Shown here in pieces: positions 32,166-42,214 of a DNA stretch of 64,000 nt. The DNA lies in the NCBI GenBank assembly GCA_963796275.1, contig CAWCKY010000002.1, positions 256,001 to 320,000 on the forward strand, written 5' to 3'. The first letter of the stretch is position 1. Each line of letters opens with the position of its first letter. Under the pieces are notes generated by a model. The model searched no databases. It was not told the origin of the DNA and saw nothing but the letters and a program-made list of their open reading frames with translations. The stretch comes from an uncultured Acidobacteriota bacterium. GTDB taxonomy: Bacteria; Acidobacteriota; Blastocatellia; RBC074. Made by a program: the position numbers and the translations under genes.

Positions 32166-32732
32166 ATGAAGAAAGTACCGAACCATGAGAAGAACACTCT
32201 GCCGGAAGGCAAAGCACAAATGGACACTGAGCAGGGCGATATAAAACGGCTGAAGTCAGAGAATGACCAGTTGAGGGATGAGAACGCACAGCACAAAGAG
32301 AAGTTGCGCCGCGAGCATGAAATCTACTTGCGCAGCATCGCCGACTTTAATAACTACCGCCAGCGCATTGAACGCGAACACGCAAATGCTGCTCAGATAG
32401 GTAAACGAGAGATGATACTTTCCCTGCTCGATTTCCTGGATGACTTCGAGCGCGCGCTCAAACATATCGATGAGTCAGAAATATCCGTCTCAGAAGGGCT
32501 GCACGCGATTCACCGGCGTTTGGCGAAGCTGCTCGAATCGCAGGGAGTGACCACTTTCGAGAGCGTGGGCCATCCCTTTGATCCGTCGCTGCACGAAGCG
32601 GTGGGGTCAGCAGATAGTGATGAACAGGAACCGGACACCGTGTTTGATGAATTGAGTCCAGGTTATCGCTGGGGAGAGGAGTTGCTCCGCCCAGCTCGTG
32701 TTCGTGTGGCTCGGCAAGCCAGTGGTCGGTAG
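32166..32732 (+). CDS. grpE: Nucleotide exchange factor GrpE
   Basis: ADFNNYRQR, FDPSLHEAV, GY...LLRPARVRV. Confidence 0.93.
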   Translation: MKKVPNHEKNTLPEGKAQMDTEQGDIKRLKSENDQLRDENAQHKEKLRREHEIYLRSIADFNNYRQRIEREHANAAQIGKREMILSLLDFLDDFERALKHIDESEISVSEGLHAIHRRLAKLLESQGVTTFESVGHPFDPSLHEAVGSADSDEQEPDTVFDELSPGYRWGEELLRPARVRVARQASGR

Positions 32733-32814
32733 TCAGCAGTCAGTTCGCCGCCACAGTTTACTATAAGAGGAGATTACTCTAGTTGAAAGCTGACTACTGA
32801 GGCAGGGCGCAGCT

Positions 32815-33837
32815 ATGGCCGTGAAATTCAGAGATTACTATGAGGTTCTCGGTGTCGCTCGCACGGCGAGCGCAGATGAGATAAAGAAGGCTTATCGCAA
32901 GCTCGCTCGTAAATACCATCCTGACGTCAATCCCAAAGACAAAACGGCCGAAGAGAAATTCAAAGAGATCAACGAGGCCTATGAAGTCTTATCCGATTCT
33001 GAGAAACGCAATCGCTATGATCAACTTGGGGAGAACTGGAAAGCTGGCGCTGACTTCACTCCCCCACCGGATTGGGCGCGGGAAGGCGCGCGCGCGGGGT
33101 TCGACTTCAGCGAGATTTTCGCCGAGGGGCGTGGCTCGAGCGGTTTCAGCGATTTCTTCGATGCTTTCTTCACAAGCGGGCGAGGAGCGCGGGCGGGCGC
33201 GGGCTTTGCCATGCGCGGCTCGGATGTAGAGGCCGAGATACCACTCACGCTTGATGAGGCCCATCGTGGCGTCATGCGGACGATCACAATCGAGGCGGCC
33301 GAGCGTTGCCCGGAATGCGGCGGGAGCGGGATTAAGGACAAACAAAATTGCCCGATGTGCCGTGGGAGAGGTTCCATCCGCCGTCCCAGATCGCTGGAGG
33401 TCAACATCCCGGCAGGGGTGCGCGACGGATCGGTCATTCGTCTCGCAGGGCAGGGCGACCCCGGTCTCGGCAAAGCGCAGGCGGGCGATCTCCTCCTGCG
33501 GGTGCGGATCAAACCGCATTCTATCTTCCGTATCGCCGGCGAAGATGACATTCAAATTGAACTGCCGATTGCGCCATGGGAGGCCGCTCTCGGGGCAAAT
33601 GTCAGCGTCCCTACGCTTGATGGCCAGGTGGAGATGACCGTTCCGGCAGGAGCGCAGGGGGGACAACGAATGCGATTGCGCGGGCAAGGCTTGAATCGCA
33701 GGCGTGGCGGACGCGGAGACGAGTACGTCAAAATCAAGATCGTCATCCCGCGAAAACTTTCCTCCATAGAGAAAGAATTGTTTGAGAAGCTGGCCGCCGA
33801 ATCAGAATTTGACGCGCGCGAGCTGATAAAAGTTTAA
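32815..33837 (+). CDS. DnaJ/CbpA-like J-domain co-chaperone with only two CxxCxGxG motifs
   Basis: J domain with HPD, G/F region, CPECGGSG and CPMCRGRG, DnaJ C-terminal domain. Confidence 0.92.
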   Translation: MAVKFRDYYEVLGVARTASADEIKKAYRKLARKYHPDVNPKDKTAEEKFKEINEAYEVLSDSEKRNRYDQLGENWKAGADFTPPPDWAREGARAGFDFSEIFAEGRGSSGFSDFFDAFFTSGRGARAGAGFAMRGSDVEAEIPLTLDEAHRGVMRTITIEAAERCPECGGSGIKDKQNCPMCRGRGSIRRPRSLEVNIPAGVRDGSVIRLAGQGDPGLGKAQAGDLLLRVRIKPHSIFRIAGEDDIQIELPIAPWEAALGANVSVPTLDGQVEMTVPAGAQGGQRMRLRGQGLNRRRGGRGDEYVKIKIVIPRKLSSIEKELFEKLAAESEFDARELIKV

Positions 33838-33935
33838 ATTGTGGATTGGGGTTTGCAGTTGTGAATTTGCGTCTTTTCAGGGTTCCCCGCCGTTCCGACA
33901 TGCGCCATCCCAATCCGCAATCATAGGGAGAGACG

Positions 33936-34247
33936 ATGACCGAGCGACAATTTCAAATCGTCCTCTGTCGCAGGGAACGCGAACAGCTGACCTTGGATAC
34001 CCTCGCCAGCTCCGCGGGTCTCCATCCGGACCTGGTTGAGCGATTCGTTGAGTTCGGCTTGCTTGAACCGGCTGAGAGGGAGGGGACGCAGTTAATCTTC
34101 GAGGCTGCGGCGGTCCTGCGCTTGCGAATGATCGAACGATTGCGAAGCGACATCGGCATCAATCTTACTGGCATTGCCGTCATTCTCGATCTGCTCGACC
34201 GGCTGCAAGCCTTGCAGGGTGAAAATGAGCGGCTGCACGTTCATTGA
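33936..34247 (+). CDS. Chaperone modulator CbpM-like / MerR-HTH protein
   Basis: LHPDLVERFVEFGLLEP, RLRSDIGINLTGIAVILDLLDR; follows the CbpA-like gene. Confidence 0.82.
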   Translation: MTERQFQIVLCRREREQLTLDTLASSAGLHPDLVERFVEFGLLEPAEREGTQLIFEAAAVLRLRMIERLRSDIGINLTGIAVILDLLDRLQALQGENERLHVH

Positions 34248-34385
34248 TCGCGAGGATTCGGCGATCGAGTATGTCATTTGGATAGCAAATGTTTGGAGGG
34301 AAAATGAGATATCCCCACACATCCCGGGCTATAGGCGCATTCTTCCATCAGCTATTTTCACGTTTCCGCATCGTGGAGGATAAGA

Positions 34386-37034
34386 ATGGATCTCAACCGT
34401 TTTACTGAGAAAGCGCAACAGGCGCTCGGCTCGGCGCAGACCAGGGCGGTCCGCTACAGCCATCAACAGGTCGATGTCGAACACTTGTTGGCCGGCCTGC
34501 TCGATCAGGAGGGAGGGCTGGCGACCTCGATTTTGAATAAGGCTGAGGTCAATGTCGACGGCCTCAAACGACGTGTCGAGCAGGAGCTCGATCGGCTGCC
34601 GAAAGTCTCGGGTCAAGCGGGCGCACCCGATCAGGTCTATATCACGGGCCGACTGAATCGACTCCTAACGCAGGCAGAGGACGAAGCCAAGAAGATCAAG
34701 GATGATTATCTCTCCGTCGAGCATCTGCTGCTCGCAATGACTGATGATGCGGGCGCGATGCGCGGTATCTTTAAGGAGTTCGGCATCACGCGCGAACGGC
34801 TCATGCGCGCGCTGCTGGAAGTTCGCGGGAACCAGCGCGTCACCTCTCAAAATCCCGAAGCGACGTATGAAGCCCTCGAACGCTACGGGCGCAACCTGAC
34901 CAAACTGGCTGCACAGGGCAAGCTCGATCCCGTCATCGGCCGCGACGATGAAATCCGTCGAGTGGTTCAGGTCCTCTCGCGACGCACGAAAAATAATCCC
35001 GTCCTGATCGGTGATCCTGGTGTCGGAAAGACCGCGATCGTTGAGGGCCTGGCGCAGCGTATCGTGCGGGGCGATGTCCCCGAGGGCATTAAAAATAAAC
35101 GCGTCACATCCCTGGATTTGGGCGCGCTGATCGCCGGCGCCAAATACCGCGGCGAGTTCGAGGAACGCCTCAAGGCCGTTCTCAAAGAGGTTCAGGAATC
35201 GAACGGTGAGATCATCCTGTTCATTGACGAGCTGCACACTGTGGTTGGCGCCGGCAAGGCTGAAGGCGCGATGGACGCGGGCAATCTGCTCAAGCCGATG
35301 CTCGCGCGCGGCGAGCTGCACTGCATCGGCGCGACGACTCTCGCTGAGTATCGCCGGCATATCGAGAAAGATGCCGCTCTCGAACGTCGCTTCCAGCCGG
35401 TATTTGTGGATCAACCGTCGGTCGAAGACACGATCTCGATCCTGCGGGGGTTGAAGGACCGCTACGAGATACATCACGGCGTGCGGATCAAAGACTCGGC
35501 ACTGGTCGCCGCGGCCGTCCTCTCGAATCGTTACATCAGCGATCGCTTCTTGCCTGACAAGGCGATTGATTTAGTCGACGAGGCAGCGGCCAAGCTCCGC
35601 ACCGAGATCGACTCGATGCCGGCAGAGTTGGACATGATCTCGCGCCGGGTCATGCAGCTTGAAATCGAACGACAGGCATTGAAGAAAGAGACTGACCCGG
35701 CCTCGAGAGATCGGCTCTCCCAACTCGAAAAAGAGTTGGCGGAATTGAAATCACAGGCAGATGCGCTCAGGGCACAGTGGCAGGCTGAAAAACAGGTCGT
35801 GCAGCGCCTGCGTTCACTGCGTGAACTGATCGAGCAGACACGGATCGAGATCGAACAAGCGGAGCGCCAATACGATCTCAACCGGGCTGCAGAGCTGAAG
35901 TATGGCCGCCTGACTGAGCTCGATCGCAAGCTTCAAGCGGAAGAAGAGTTACTGACCAAGAAGCAAGGGGGAACGCGACTGATCAAGGAAGAGGTGGATG
36001 AAGAAGACATCGCCGATGTCGTCAGCCGCTGGACGGGGATCCCCGTCTCGAAGCTGCTCGAAGGCGAGCTGCAAAAACTTCTCAACCTCGAAGAGTATCT
36101 GCACCGGCGCGTCATCGGCCAGGACGAGGCGGTGACCGCAGTGGCTGAAGCTGTGATTCGCGCCCGCTCGGGGCTCAAAGATCCGAATCGTCCCATCGGC
36201 AGTTTCATCTTCCTCGGGCCGACGGGCGTCGGCAAGACCGAGCTGGCCAGGGCGCTCGCGGAATTCCTCTTTGATGACGAGCACGCGATGATTCGAATCG
36301 ATATGTCCGAGTACCAGGAGAAGCATACCGTCGCCCGCTTGATAGGAGCGCCACCCGGCTACGTCGGATATGAAGAGGGCGGACAATTGACGGAGGCCGT
36401 GCGGCGGCGTCCCTACTCGGTGATCCTCTTCGATGAGATCGAGAAGGCTCACCACGACGTCTTCAACGTCCTGCTCCAGATTCTTGACGATGGCCGCCTG
36501 ACCGATGGTCAGGGTCGCGCGGTCAATTTCAAGAACACTATTGTGATTATGACCTCTAACATAGGCAGCCACAGGATTTTGGAGTATCGCGGTGCGTTCG
36601 AGGGCGAAGGCTACGAGCGAATGAAGGCAGCAGTGCTGGAGGAGATGCGTCTTCACTTCCGGCCCGAGTTCCTCAACCGTGTAGACGAAACAATTGTCTT
36701 CCACTCGCTCTCGGAGGAGCACCTCAAGCAGATCGTGGAGATTCAGCTCAACTTGCTGCGCCGGCGCCTGGACGAGCGGCACATCGAGATTGAATTGACC
36801 GAGGCTGCAAAAACACATTTGGTACGTACTGGCTACGATCCTAACTATGGTGCGCGTCCGCTCAAGCGGGCGCTTCAGCGGGAGATTGAGACAGCGCTCG
36901 GACGGCGGATATTAAAGAGTGAAGTACGTGATGGGCAAAAAGTAGTCATAGATTTTGACCGCGCGAGTGGCGAATTGGCCTTCACTACCGAGGCGCCCAT
37001 AATCAGGGAACAGGTTGCCTCGGGCGGCGTTTAG
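34386..37034 (+). CDS. clpB: ATP-dependent disaggregase ClpB
   Basis: Two AAA+ modules ([16 protein letters not shown]), middle coiled-coil domain, YGARPLKR. Confidence 0.98.
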   Translation: MDLNRFTEKAQQALGSAQTRAVRYSHQQVDVEHLLAGLLDQEGGLATSILNKAEVNVDGLKRRVEQELDRLPKVSGQAGAPDQVYITGRLNRLLTQAEDEAKKIKDDYLSVEHLLLAMTDDAGAMRGIFKEFGITRERLMRALLEVRGNQRVTSQNPEATYEALERYGRNLTKLAAQGKLDPVIGRDDEIRRVVQVLSRRTKNNPVLIGDPGVGKTAIVEGLAQRIVRGDVPEGIKNKRVTSLDLGALIAGAKYRGEFEERLKAVLKEVQESNGEIILFIDELHTVVGAGKAEGAMDAGNLLKPMLARGELHCIGATTLAEYRRHIEKDAALERRFQPVFVDQPSVEDTISILRGLKDRYEIHHGVRIKDSALVAAAVLSNRYISDRFLPDKAIDLVDEAAAKLRTEIDSMPAELDMISRRVMQLEIERQALKKETDPASRDRLSQLEKELAELKSQADALRAQWQAEKQVVQRLRSLRELIEQTRIEIEQAERQYDLNRAAELKYGRLTELDRKLQAEEELLTKKQGGTRLIKEEVDEEDIADVVSRWTGIPVSKLLEGELQKLLNLEEYLHRRVIGQDEAVTAVAEAVIRARSGLKDPNRPIGSFIFLGPTGVGKTELARALAEFLFDDEHAMIRIDMSEYQEKHTVARLIGAPPGYVGYEEGGQLTEAVRRRPYSVILFDEIEKAHHDVFNVLLQILDDGRLTDGQGRAVNFKNTIVIMTSNIGSHRILEYRGAFEGEGYERMKAAVLEEMRLHFRPEFLNRVDETIVFHSLSEEHLKQIVEIQLNLLRRRLDERHIEIELTEAAKTHLVRTGYDPNYGARPLKRALQREIETALGRRILKSEVRDGQKVVIDFDRASGELAFTTEAPIIREQVASGGV

Positions 37035-37089
37035 GCGAGGTTGATCGACTCCGCTCAATTTTCAACAGCTTGATCCAAGTGAGGTGCAT

Positions 37090-37539
37090 ATGGCATTCGT
37101 GAGAATTTTGTGCGGGATTGATTTCTCTCAAGCATCATTGGCGGCATTTCAGCAGGCTATGGGTTTGGCGCGGATGGGTAAGGGTAGCCTTTGCATCTTT
37201 CATTCTATCGAAGCACAGCCGTTTATCTCGGACCTGCTCGGAATTGACGAAATGGGTGAAATGGCAGTCAGGCTCAATGAAAAGGCGGCGGCCGCTCTGG
37301 AATCGCTCGTCGCGTCTTCAGCCTCGACCTTGGAAGGCATCCCGCTGACCACGGAGATCACCGCCGGCCGGGCATTCGTTGAAATACTAAACTACGCCCG
37401 CGACTGGTCGGCTGACCTGATTGTTCTAGGGGCTGAGGGCGAGGCATCATTTGGGCAAATCATCGTTGGCAGCACAGCCGAGCGCGTGATGAAAGGCGCA
37501 CAGTGCTCGGTGCTGATCGTCAAGCCGCCGCTGTCTTAG
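37090..37539 (+). CDS. Universal stress protein
   Basis: ILCGIDFS...ADLIVLG...GSTAERV...CSVLIVK. Confidence 0.9.
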   Translation: MAFVRILCGIDFSQASLAAFQQAMGLARMGKGSLCIFHSIEAQPFISDLLGIDEMGEMAVRLNEKAAAALESLVASSASTLEGIPLTTEITAGRAFVEILNYARDWSADLIVLGAEGEASFGQIIVGSTAERVMKGAQCSVLIVKPPLS

Positions 37540-37745
37540 AGGAAGAAACGGCCAGTAACTGACAAACTGACTCTAGATCAGCGATTTTTAAGCAGATCTA
37601 GGGATTGCGAAGCCTTGGTGTGGGACATCTGCATGCCCCGAAACATGTTCGATTGGAATCCCCAACTCTCACCTAACCAAATAAAGGCTTGCCAACATAA
37701 CGGGCTACGTTTTTTTGTGCCATTTATCCGAATCATTGAGTTGTA

Positions 37746-40577
37746 CTACGCCGCGCCGCCCACACCTGTTTGCGAGGGCCGGCGGCGTTGCTCTTCCTGC
37801 CGCTTTTGCTCCTGCTGTCGTCGTTGTTCCTCCTGCCGCCTTTGTTCTTCCTGCCGTCTCTGTTCCGAGGCTCTTTGGCGTTCTTCATTCTGTCGTCGCT
37901 GTTCTTCCTGACGTCGTTGGTCCGCCTGACGTCGTTGATCCTCTTGGCGCCTCTGTTCCTCGACTCTTTGGCGTTCTTCATTTTGCCGCCTCTGCTCTTC
38001 CTGTCGCCGCTGATCCTCCTGTCGCCGCTGCGCTTCTTGCTGCCTCTGTCCCTCGGCTCTTTGGCGTTCTTCATTTTGCCGCCTCTGCTCTTCCTGTCGC
38101 CGCTGATCCTCCTGTCGCCGCTGCTCCTCTTGCTGTTTCTGTCCCTCGACTCTTTGGCGTTCTTCATTTTGCCGACTCTGCTCTTCCTGTCGGCGTTGAT
38201 CCTCCTGTCGCCGCTGCTCTTCTTGCTGTCTCTGTCCCTCGACTCTTTGGCGTTCTTCATTTTGCCGACTCTGCTCTTCCTGTCGTCTTTGTTCCTCCTG
38301 TCGTTTTTGCCCCTCGACTCTTTGGCGGTCTTCATTCTGCCGTCTCTGTTCTTCCTGTCGCCTCTGTTCTTCCTGTCGCCGCTGATCCTCCTGTCGCCGC
38401 TGCTCTTCTTGCTGCCTCTGTCCTTCGACTCTTTGGCGTTCTTCATTCTGGCGTTTCAGTTCCTCGGCTCTCTGGTGTTCTTCTTGCCGTTGACGCCCAT
38501 CATCCCGATTCGGCTCTTCCGATCGGCGAGGTATGTCCCTGTCAACCGGTCGCGTCGGTAGGGTCGGTCGAGGAAATTCTTTATCGTCGGGTCGCGCCGG
38601 CCGAGTTTGATGGGGCGCGTCTTTGTCGCCAGGCCTCGTCGGGAGAACGGGCCGATTTGAATTTCCATCGTTAGGCCGTGTGGGCTGAGCCGGTCGTGGT
38701 CCCTCTCCGTCGTTCGGCTGTGTGGGTTGAGCTGGTCGTGGTCCCTCTCCGTCATTCGGCCGCTTGGGCTTCGCCGGTCGCCCCCCATCATTCGGACGGG
38801 TCGGATGGGTTGGACGCGGTACGTCCCCGTCGTCATGCCGCACGGGTTGAGCTGGTCGCGGTATGTCTCTGTCGTTCGCCTGCCCTGGCCCAGCCGGACT
38901 ATCACCATCTCTGCCTTTTGGCCGTGTCGGCAGAGACGGCCGAGCCACATCCACATCGTTTGGCCGCGTCGGTCGAGCCGATCGAGGACCGTCTTTTTCA
39001 ACCACCCGTGTCGGCAGGGACGGACGAGGTGCATCTTTATCGGCTGGTCGCCCTGGTAGAGCGGGACGGGCAACATCTCTGTCCTTCGATCGTGTCGGAT
39101 GGCCCGGATGATTCGGTCTCGCAGGCCGTTGAACTATCGGTGTTTCGAGCCTGCGCCTGATCTCCGGGCGCTCAACAAACTTAGCACGAGTCGGAACCAC
39201 TCGAACCGGTTTAATCTGGTCCCAATTAACCCACGCGGGTTTCGCTGAGTTATTCGACCTTCTGTCGCGTTTAATGGAAATCAGAGCATCACGCGTGACG
39301 ATCGCACGCCCATTATGGAATCGGCTGCCATCCATGCCGCTGACGCCGCCAGGCGCACGGTAGTTCCGTAGAGAGCCGACAGCTCCACGAAATTTGTTGA
39401 ATCGCCCCTTGTGGCTGTGATGCGCCTCACCGGGCGCTAGCGGACACCATCCCAACCATCGATGACCATTGCGATCTCGATCATGACCCCGATGATCCTT
39501 TCTATCACCCCAGCCAAAAAAGGCGACCAGATGCGGGGACCATCTCCACGGCCGGCCGGTGTGAAATTTTACGCTGGGCACCCAGCACCAACGTTTGCCA
39601 TGAAATGCCCATCGCCCATAATGATATGGGAGCCAACCCCACGGCTCATTTGAGATCCAGGTCCAGCCATATGCTGGACTCCACCGCCAATTCCCGTGAC
39701 GGTATGGAGCCCAATCGGTAGAAGCGCCGCGCGGACACCAAACCCGGCCATAATCTGGGGTATCGAGCCATTCGCCGTACACATCCAGCTCGTGGACGCC
39801 GGGCAGGACATCCGGTACATAACTCGGACTTTGATTGCTTTCTGCTCGCGCGAAGAGCTCTTCATCACGCCGATCGTTCCAAATATCCCAACTGTCCTTC
39901 TCATCGACCGAAGCACTTTGAAATGTGCCCGGATCATCGCCCCTCAACACAACTCGCTGTCCCTGATTGATGACGACCGAGTCTATCTCCTGATTGTCGA
40001 TTAAGGCTTCGCCACGCCACACTACGACCTCTGTCGTACCATCTTCGTCTACATTGATTCGATAAAGACCTTCCTTGAGAAAAACGACAGCTACGGTAGG
40101 AGTGTCGACCTCGAAATAGACAGGATCATCGGTACCATCATCCTTCGCATCCTCTATCTGGAATTGTCGTTTATCCAGACTATCGATCCGGAATGTTGCC
40201 GTTCCGACCGACAGCGCTAAACGAATTGTGTCGTTATTGAATTGGGTAAAGCGAAGGTTGGTATTGTTATTTATTCGGACGATGTTGCGACCGCTCAATT
40301 GGATTTCGGCACGCCCATCGGGTCCGCTGTAAAGCTGATCGCTTTCATCGAGCGGGAGGTTCAGTGTCGCGTCGAACCACTCTTCATTCGAATCGTTGGC
40401 CCGCCGGTAGTTGATCTCGCCCTCGATCAGGCTGACACGGGCGACGTGAATGACTGGATCATCAGCCAGAACGACCGACCCGAACGCCATCTGGGAACAG
40501 ATCATTATCACCATCGGCCAAATACTGCAGGCGCGGTGACGGGGGAAATAATCAACAAGTTTGTGAAAAAACTTCAT
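37746..40577 (-). CDS. Secreted FecR-like/DUF6600-like protein with Pro-rich and Q/E/R-rich repeat tail (943 aa)
   Basis: ARVSLIEGE..RAEIQL (FecR-like), LDVYGEW..WAPYRHGNW..EPWGWLPYHYGRW. ATG at 40577 is preferred over TTG 40589, which lies inside the IscB element. Confidence 0.8.
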   Translation of the reverse strand: MKFFHKLVDYFPRHRACSIWPMVIMICSQMAFGSVVLADDPVIHVARVSLIEGEINYRRANDSNEEWFDATLNLPLDESDQLYSGPDGRAEIQLSGRNIVRINNNTNLRFTQFNNDTIRLALSVGTATFRIDSLDKRQFQIEDAKDDGTDDPVYFEVDTPTVAVVFLKEGLYRINVDEDGTTEVVVWRGEALIDNQEIDSVVINQGQRVVLRGDDPGTFQSASVDEKDSWDIWNDRRDEELFARAESNQSPSYVPDVLPGVHELDVYGEWLDTPDYGRVWCPRGASTDWAPYRHGNWRWSPAYGWTWISNEPWGWLPYHYGRWAFHGKRWCWVPSVKFHTGRPWRWSPHLVAFFGWGDRKDHRGHDRDRNGHRWLGWCPLAPGEAHHSHKGRFNKFRGAVGSLRNYRAPGGVSGMDGSRFHNGRAIVTRDALISIKRDRRSNNSAKPAWVNWDQIKPVRVVPTRAKFVERPEIRRRLETPIVQRPARPNHPGHPTRSKDRDVARPALPGRPADKDAPRPSLPTRVVEKDGPRSARPTRPNDVDVARPSLPTRPKGRDGDSPAGPGQANDRDIPRPAQPVRHDDGDVPRPTHPTRPNDGGRPAKPKRPNDGEGPRPAQPTQPNDGEGPRPAQPTRPNDGNSNRPVLPTRPGDKDAPHQTRPARPDDKEFPRPTLPTRPVDRDIPRRSEEPNRDDGRQRQEEHQRAEELKRQNEERQRVEGQRQQEEQRRQEDQRRQEEQRRQEEQRRQNEDRQRVEGQKRQEEQRRQEEQSRQNEERQRVEGQRQQEEQRRQEDQRRQEEQSRQNEERQRVEGQKQQEEQRRQEDQRRQEEQRRQNEERQRAEGQRQQEAQRRQEDQRRQEEQRRQNEERQRVEEQRRQEDQRRQADQRRQEEQRRQNEERQRASEQRRQEEQRRQEEQRRQQEQKRQEEQRRRPSQTGVGGAA
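37780..38460 (-). repeat. Coding tandem repeat: about 93-nt units built from 18-nt RRQEEQ subunits
   Basis: gactctttggcgttcttcat recurs, e.g. at 38148 and 38241 (93 nt apart). Confidence 0.9.
38530..39115 (-). repeat. Coding repeat: about 14 copies of a 14-aa RPxxPxRPxDxDxP unit
   Basis: RPALPGRPADKDAP, RPSLPTRVVEKDGP, RPAQPTQPNDGEGP, RPTLPTRPVDRDIP and others. Confidence 0.85.
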
Positions 40578-40585
40578 CAGAAACC

Positions 40586-41920
40586 TCAAAAGGATACCCC
40601 ATCCATAGCAGCCATCTTGGGCGGCTTGGATGGGGAGGAATTTTGAGATCGTGCGCTAGCACGATTAATTCCGTAGCCGTCCGCCTTATGAATCACCCGG
40701 CAGTATCGATGGCTGATCCCCTGGATCGTGCCTGCCGCAGTCTTCACATTGAATGAGCCGCTGCTACGCACAGCGACTCGCCCCACATAGCAGCCGATCT
40801 TTTTGCCGGATCTGACATTTGCCTCGACCATATCTCCGGTTCTGAAGCCTTTGACCGTACGTGGGCCTTTGGCTGATGTGCGTGGAAACCCGTACTTGTC
40901 CATCCGGCACATCTGTCGGGTGTTATGCCCTGTCGCCTTGATCTCCAATGGGATAACTCCGTCGACAACGACCTGTGCGGGCGTTGACTTCCCGACGCAG
41001 GCCGCGTCGATCCAGTGCGCCTTGGGCAGGTCTCGCATCGTCCGGTTGTATTTGGTCAGTCCGCCTGATCCTGTCTCGACCGGCAGTCCGAAGCCCTTTA
41101 ACCGCTCCAAGAGCGCCCACCGCGTTGCATTCAACGCCGCCGCATCCTTCAATGGTTCTTTGACCTGCTGCTCGATCTCAGGAAATCCAAACTCGGCTGC
41201 GGTTCTAGTACCCTTCCGTTGATTGCAACCAGCACAGGCCACCGTCAGATTCGAGACTCGATCACTGCCTCCTCGTGATTCCGGAATGATGTGTTCGATC
41301 TGCAGGGGAATATCTGTCTTTGAACAGTAGGCGCACTTCCGGCCCCACTTCTCAAGCAGATACTCTCTCACCTCGTATCCGGCCAACTCACCCTGCTGAT
41401 ACTCGATTCCGGAGATATCCGGATTCTCCAGCAACTGAGTGTCGAACTTTACCAACTCCATTGAGAGGCCCGAGATCGGATAGAGCCGAGCCAGCCGATT
41501 GACCCACGTCTCAATATTGCTGATCCGGCTCTTGAGCGAAGGTGGCAGCCACCCTTCTGGCCGCCTCCGGTTGAGAAATCGCGGCTTCCGGTATCTGGTC
41601 TTTCTTGAGCGCCGACTGCACCGGATCGCTCTCCGTGCAGCTAAAGCCTGCTTGATTGCCTCTCCTCGGTGCTCAATCTCGGCTGCAAAGACGACCTGTC
41701 CGGATCCCTGATTGACTATCGCCACTCCGGTCTTTCTGGATCCTGGATCCAGCTTGAGCCGAAGATCCGGCACTTGTTCCTCAACCACGCGCTTGAGGAT
41801 GATCGTGAATGGCGCTCTCCTGAAGACTGCGGCCTTGCCTTCCTTCAGCAGGAGTCTGGCCCGTACCGCCGAAGTCGGCGCCAGAGGTCTTCTGTTTTGA
41901 TCGATGACTGCTACTTGCAT
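40586..41920 (-). CDS. iscB: RNA-guided endonuclease IscB
   Basis: PLMP domain (RPLAPT), RuvC-I LDPGSRKTG, Arg-rich bridge helix, RuvC-II MELVKFD, HNH (CAYC..IEHIIPESRGGSDRVSNL..CAGCN), RuvC-III HWIDAAC. Confidence 0.96.
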   Translation of the reverse strand: MQVAVIDQNRRPLAPTSAVRARLLLKEGKAAVFRRAPFTIILKRVVEEQVPDLRLKLDPGSRKTGVAIVNQGSGQVVFAAEIEHRGEAIKQALAARRAIRCSRRSRKTRYRKPRFLNRRRPEGWLPPSLKSRISNIETWVNRLARLYPISGLSMELVKFDTQLLENPDISGIEYQQGELAGYEVREYLLEKWGRKCAYCSKTDIPLQIEHIIPESRGGSDRVSNLTVACAGCNQRKGTRTAAEFGFPEIEQQVKEPLKDAAALNATRWALLERLKGFGLPVETGSGGLTKYNRTMRDLPKAHWIDAACVGKSTPAQVVVDGVIPLEIKATGHNTRQMCRMDKYGFPRTSAKGPRTVKGFRTGDMVEANVRSGKKIGCYVGRVAVRSSGSFNVKTAAGTIQGISHRYCRVIHKADGYGINRASARSQNSSPSKPPKMAAMDGVSF

Positions 41921-42214
41921 TGTGAGAATGGCCCTTTCGAGCCGCTGGCATTGCTGCCGTTATGTTAGCCTCGACAATGATGCCTGAGCTTGTTAGTTCA
42001 ACGCACTGGCGATTACCCGTAACCGATATTTAACGCTGAACGACAGTTGCCACGGACTGGCTATCGCATCCGTGGGTGTCTCGGTTTAATAACCTAACTC
42101 AAACATCGTAGCTGCATGCCTTTCGGCTATCGCTTAGTCTGGTCAACCAGGCTCATCGGTGACCCGACAAGCCCCCACTATAGTTGCAAAGCAACTTAGT
42201 GGCGGGTGGGTGAC
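41921..42214 (-). ncRNA. omegaRNA (HEARO-like) scaffold
   Basis: HEARO-like blocks in order: GTCA-CCC..GGGGGCTTG, GTTGACCAGACT, CTACG, GACACCCACGGATGC..CCAGTCCGTGG, CATTGTCGAGG. The 3' end is approximate. Confidence 0.85.

Larger units (their letters stand above)
40578..42214 (-). mobile_element. IS200/IS605-superfamily IscB (OMEGA/HEARO) element, 1637 bp, no tnpA
   Basis: Minus strand: starts GTCACCCACCC (42214), then omegaRNA, iscB, terminal hairpin (40595-40643), then flanking ATGAA. Removing it restores GGAGG-aagct-ATG. Confidence 0.88.

Noticed and set aside
37780-38460. Regular repeats near an IscB gene that could be taken for a CRISPR array
   Set aside because: Units are in-frame multiples of 3, the intervening sequence is itself repetitive, and there are no unique spacers or cas genes.
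37715-39160. Long overlapping ORFs in other frames and on the + strand (Leu/Phe-rich, Val/Ala/Pro-rich, Lys/Arg/Ser-rich)
   Set aside because: Shadows of the coding tandem repeats of the 943-aa gene; no independent evidence.
40578-42214. Possible IStron (group I intron) character of the element
   Set aside because: The element is fully accounted for by omegaRNA, iscB and the end hairpin, with no room for or sign of a ribozyme core.
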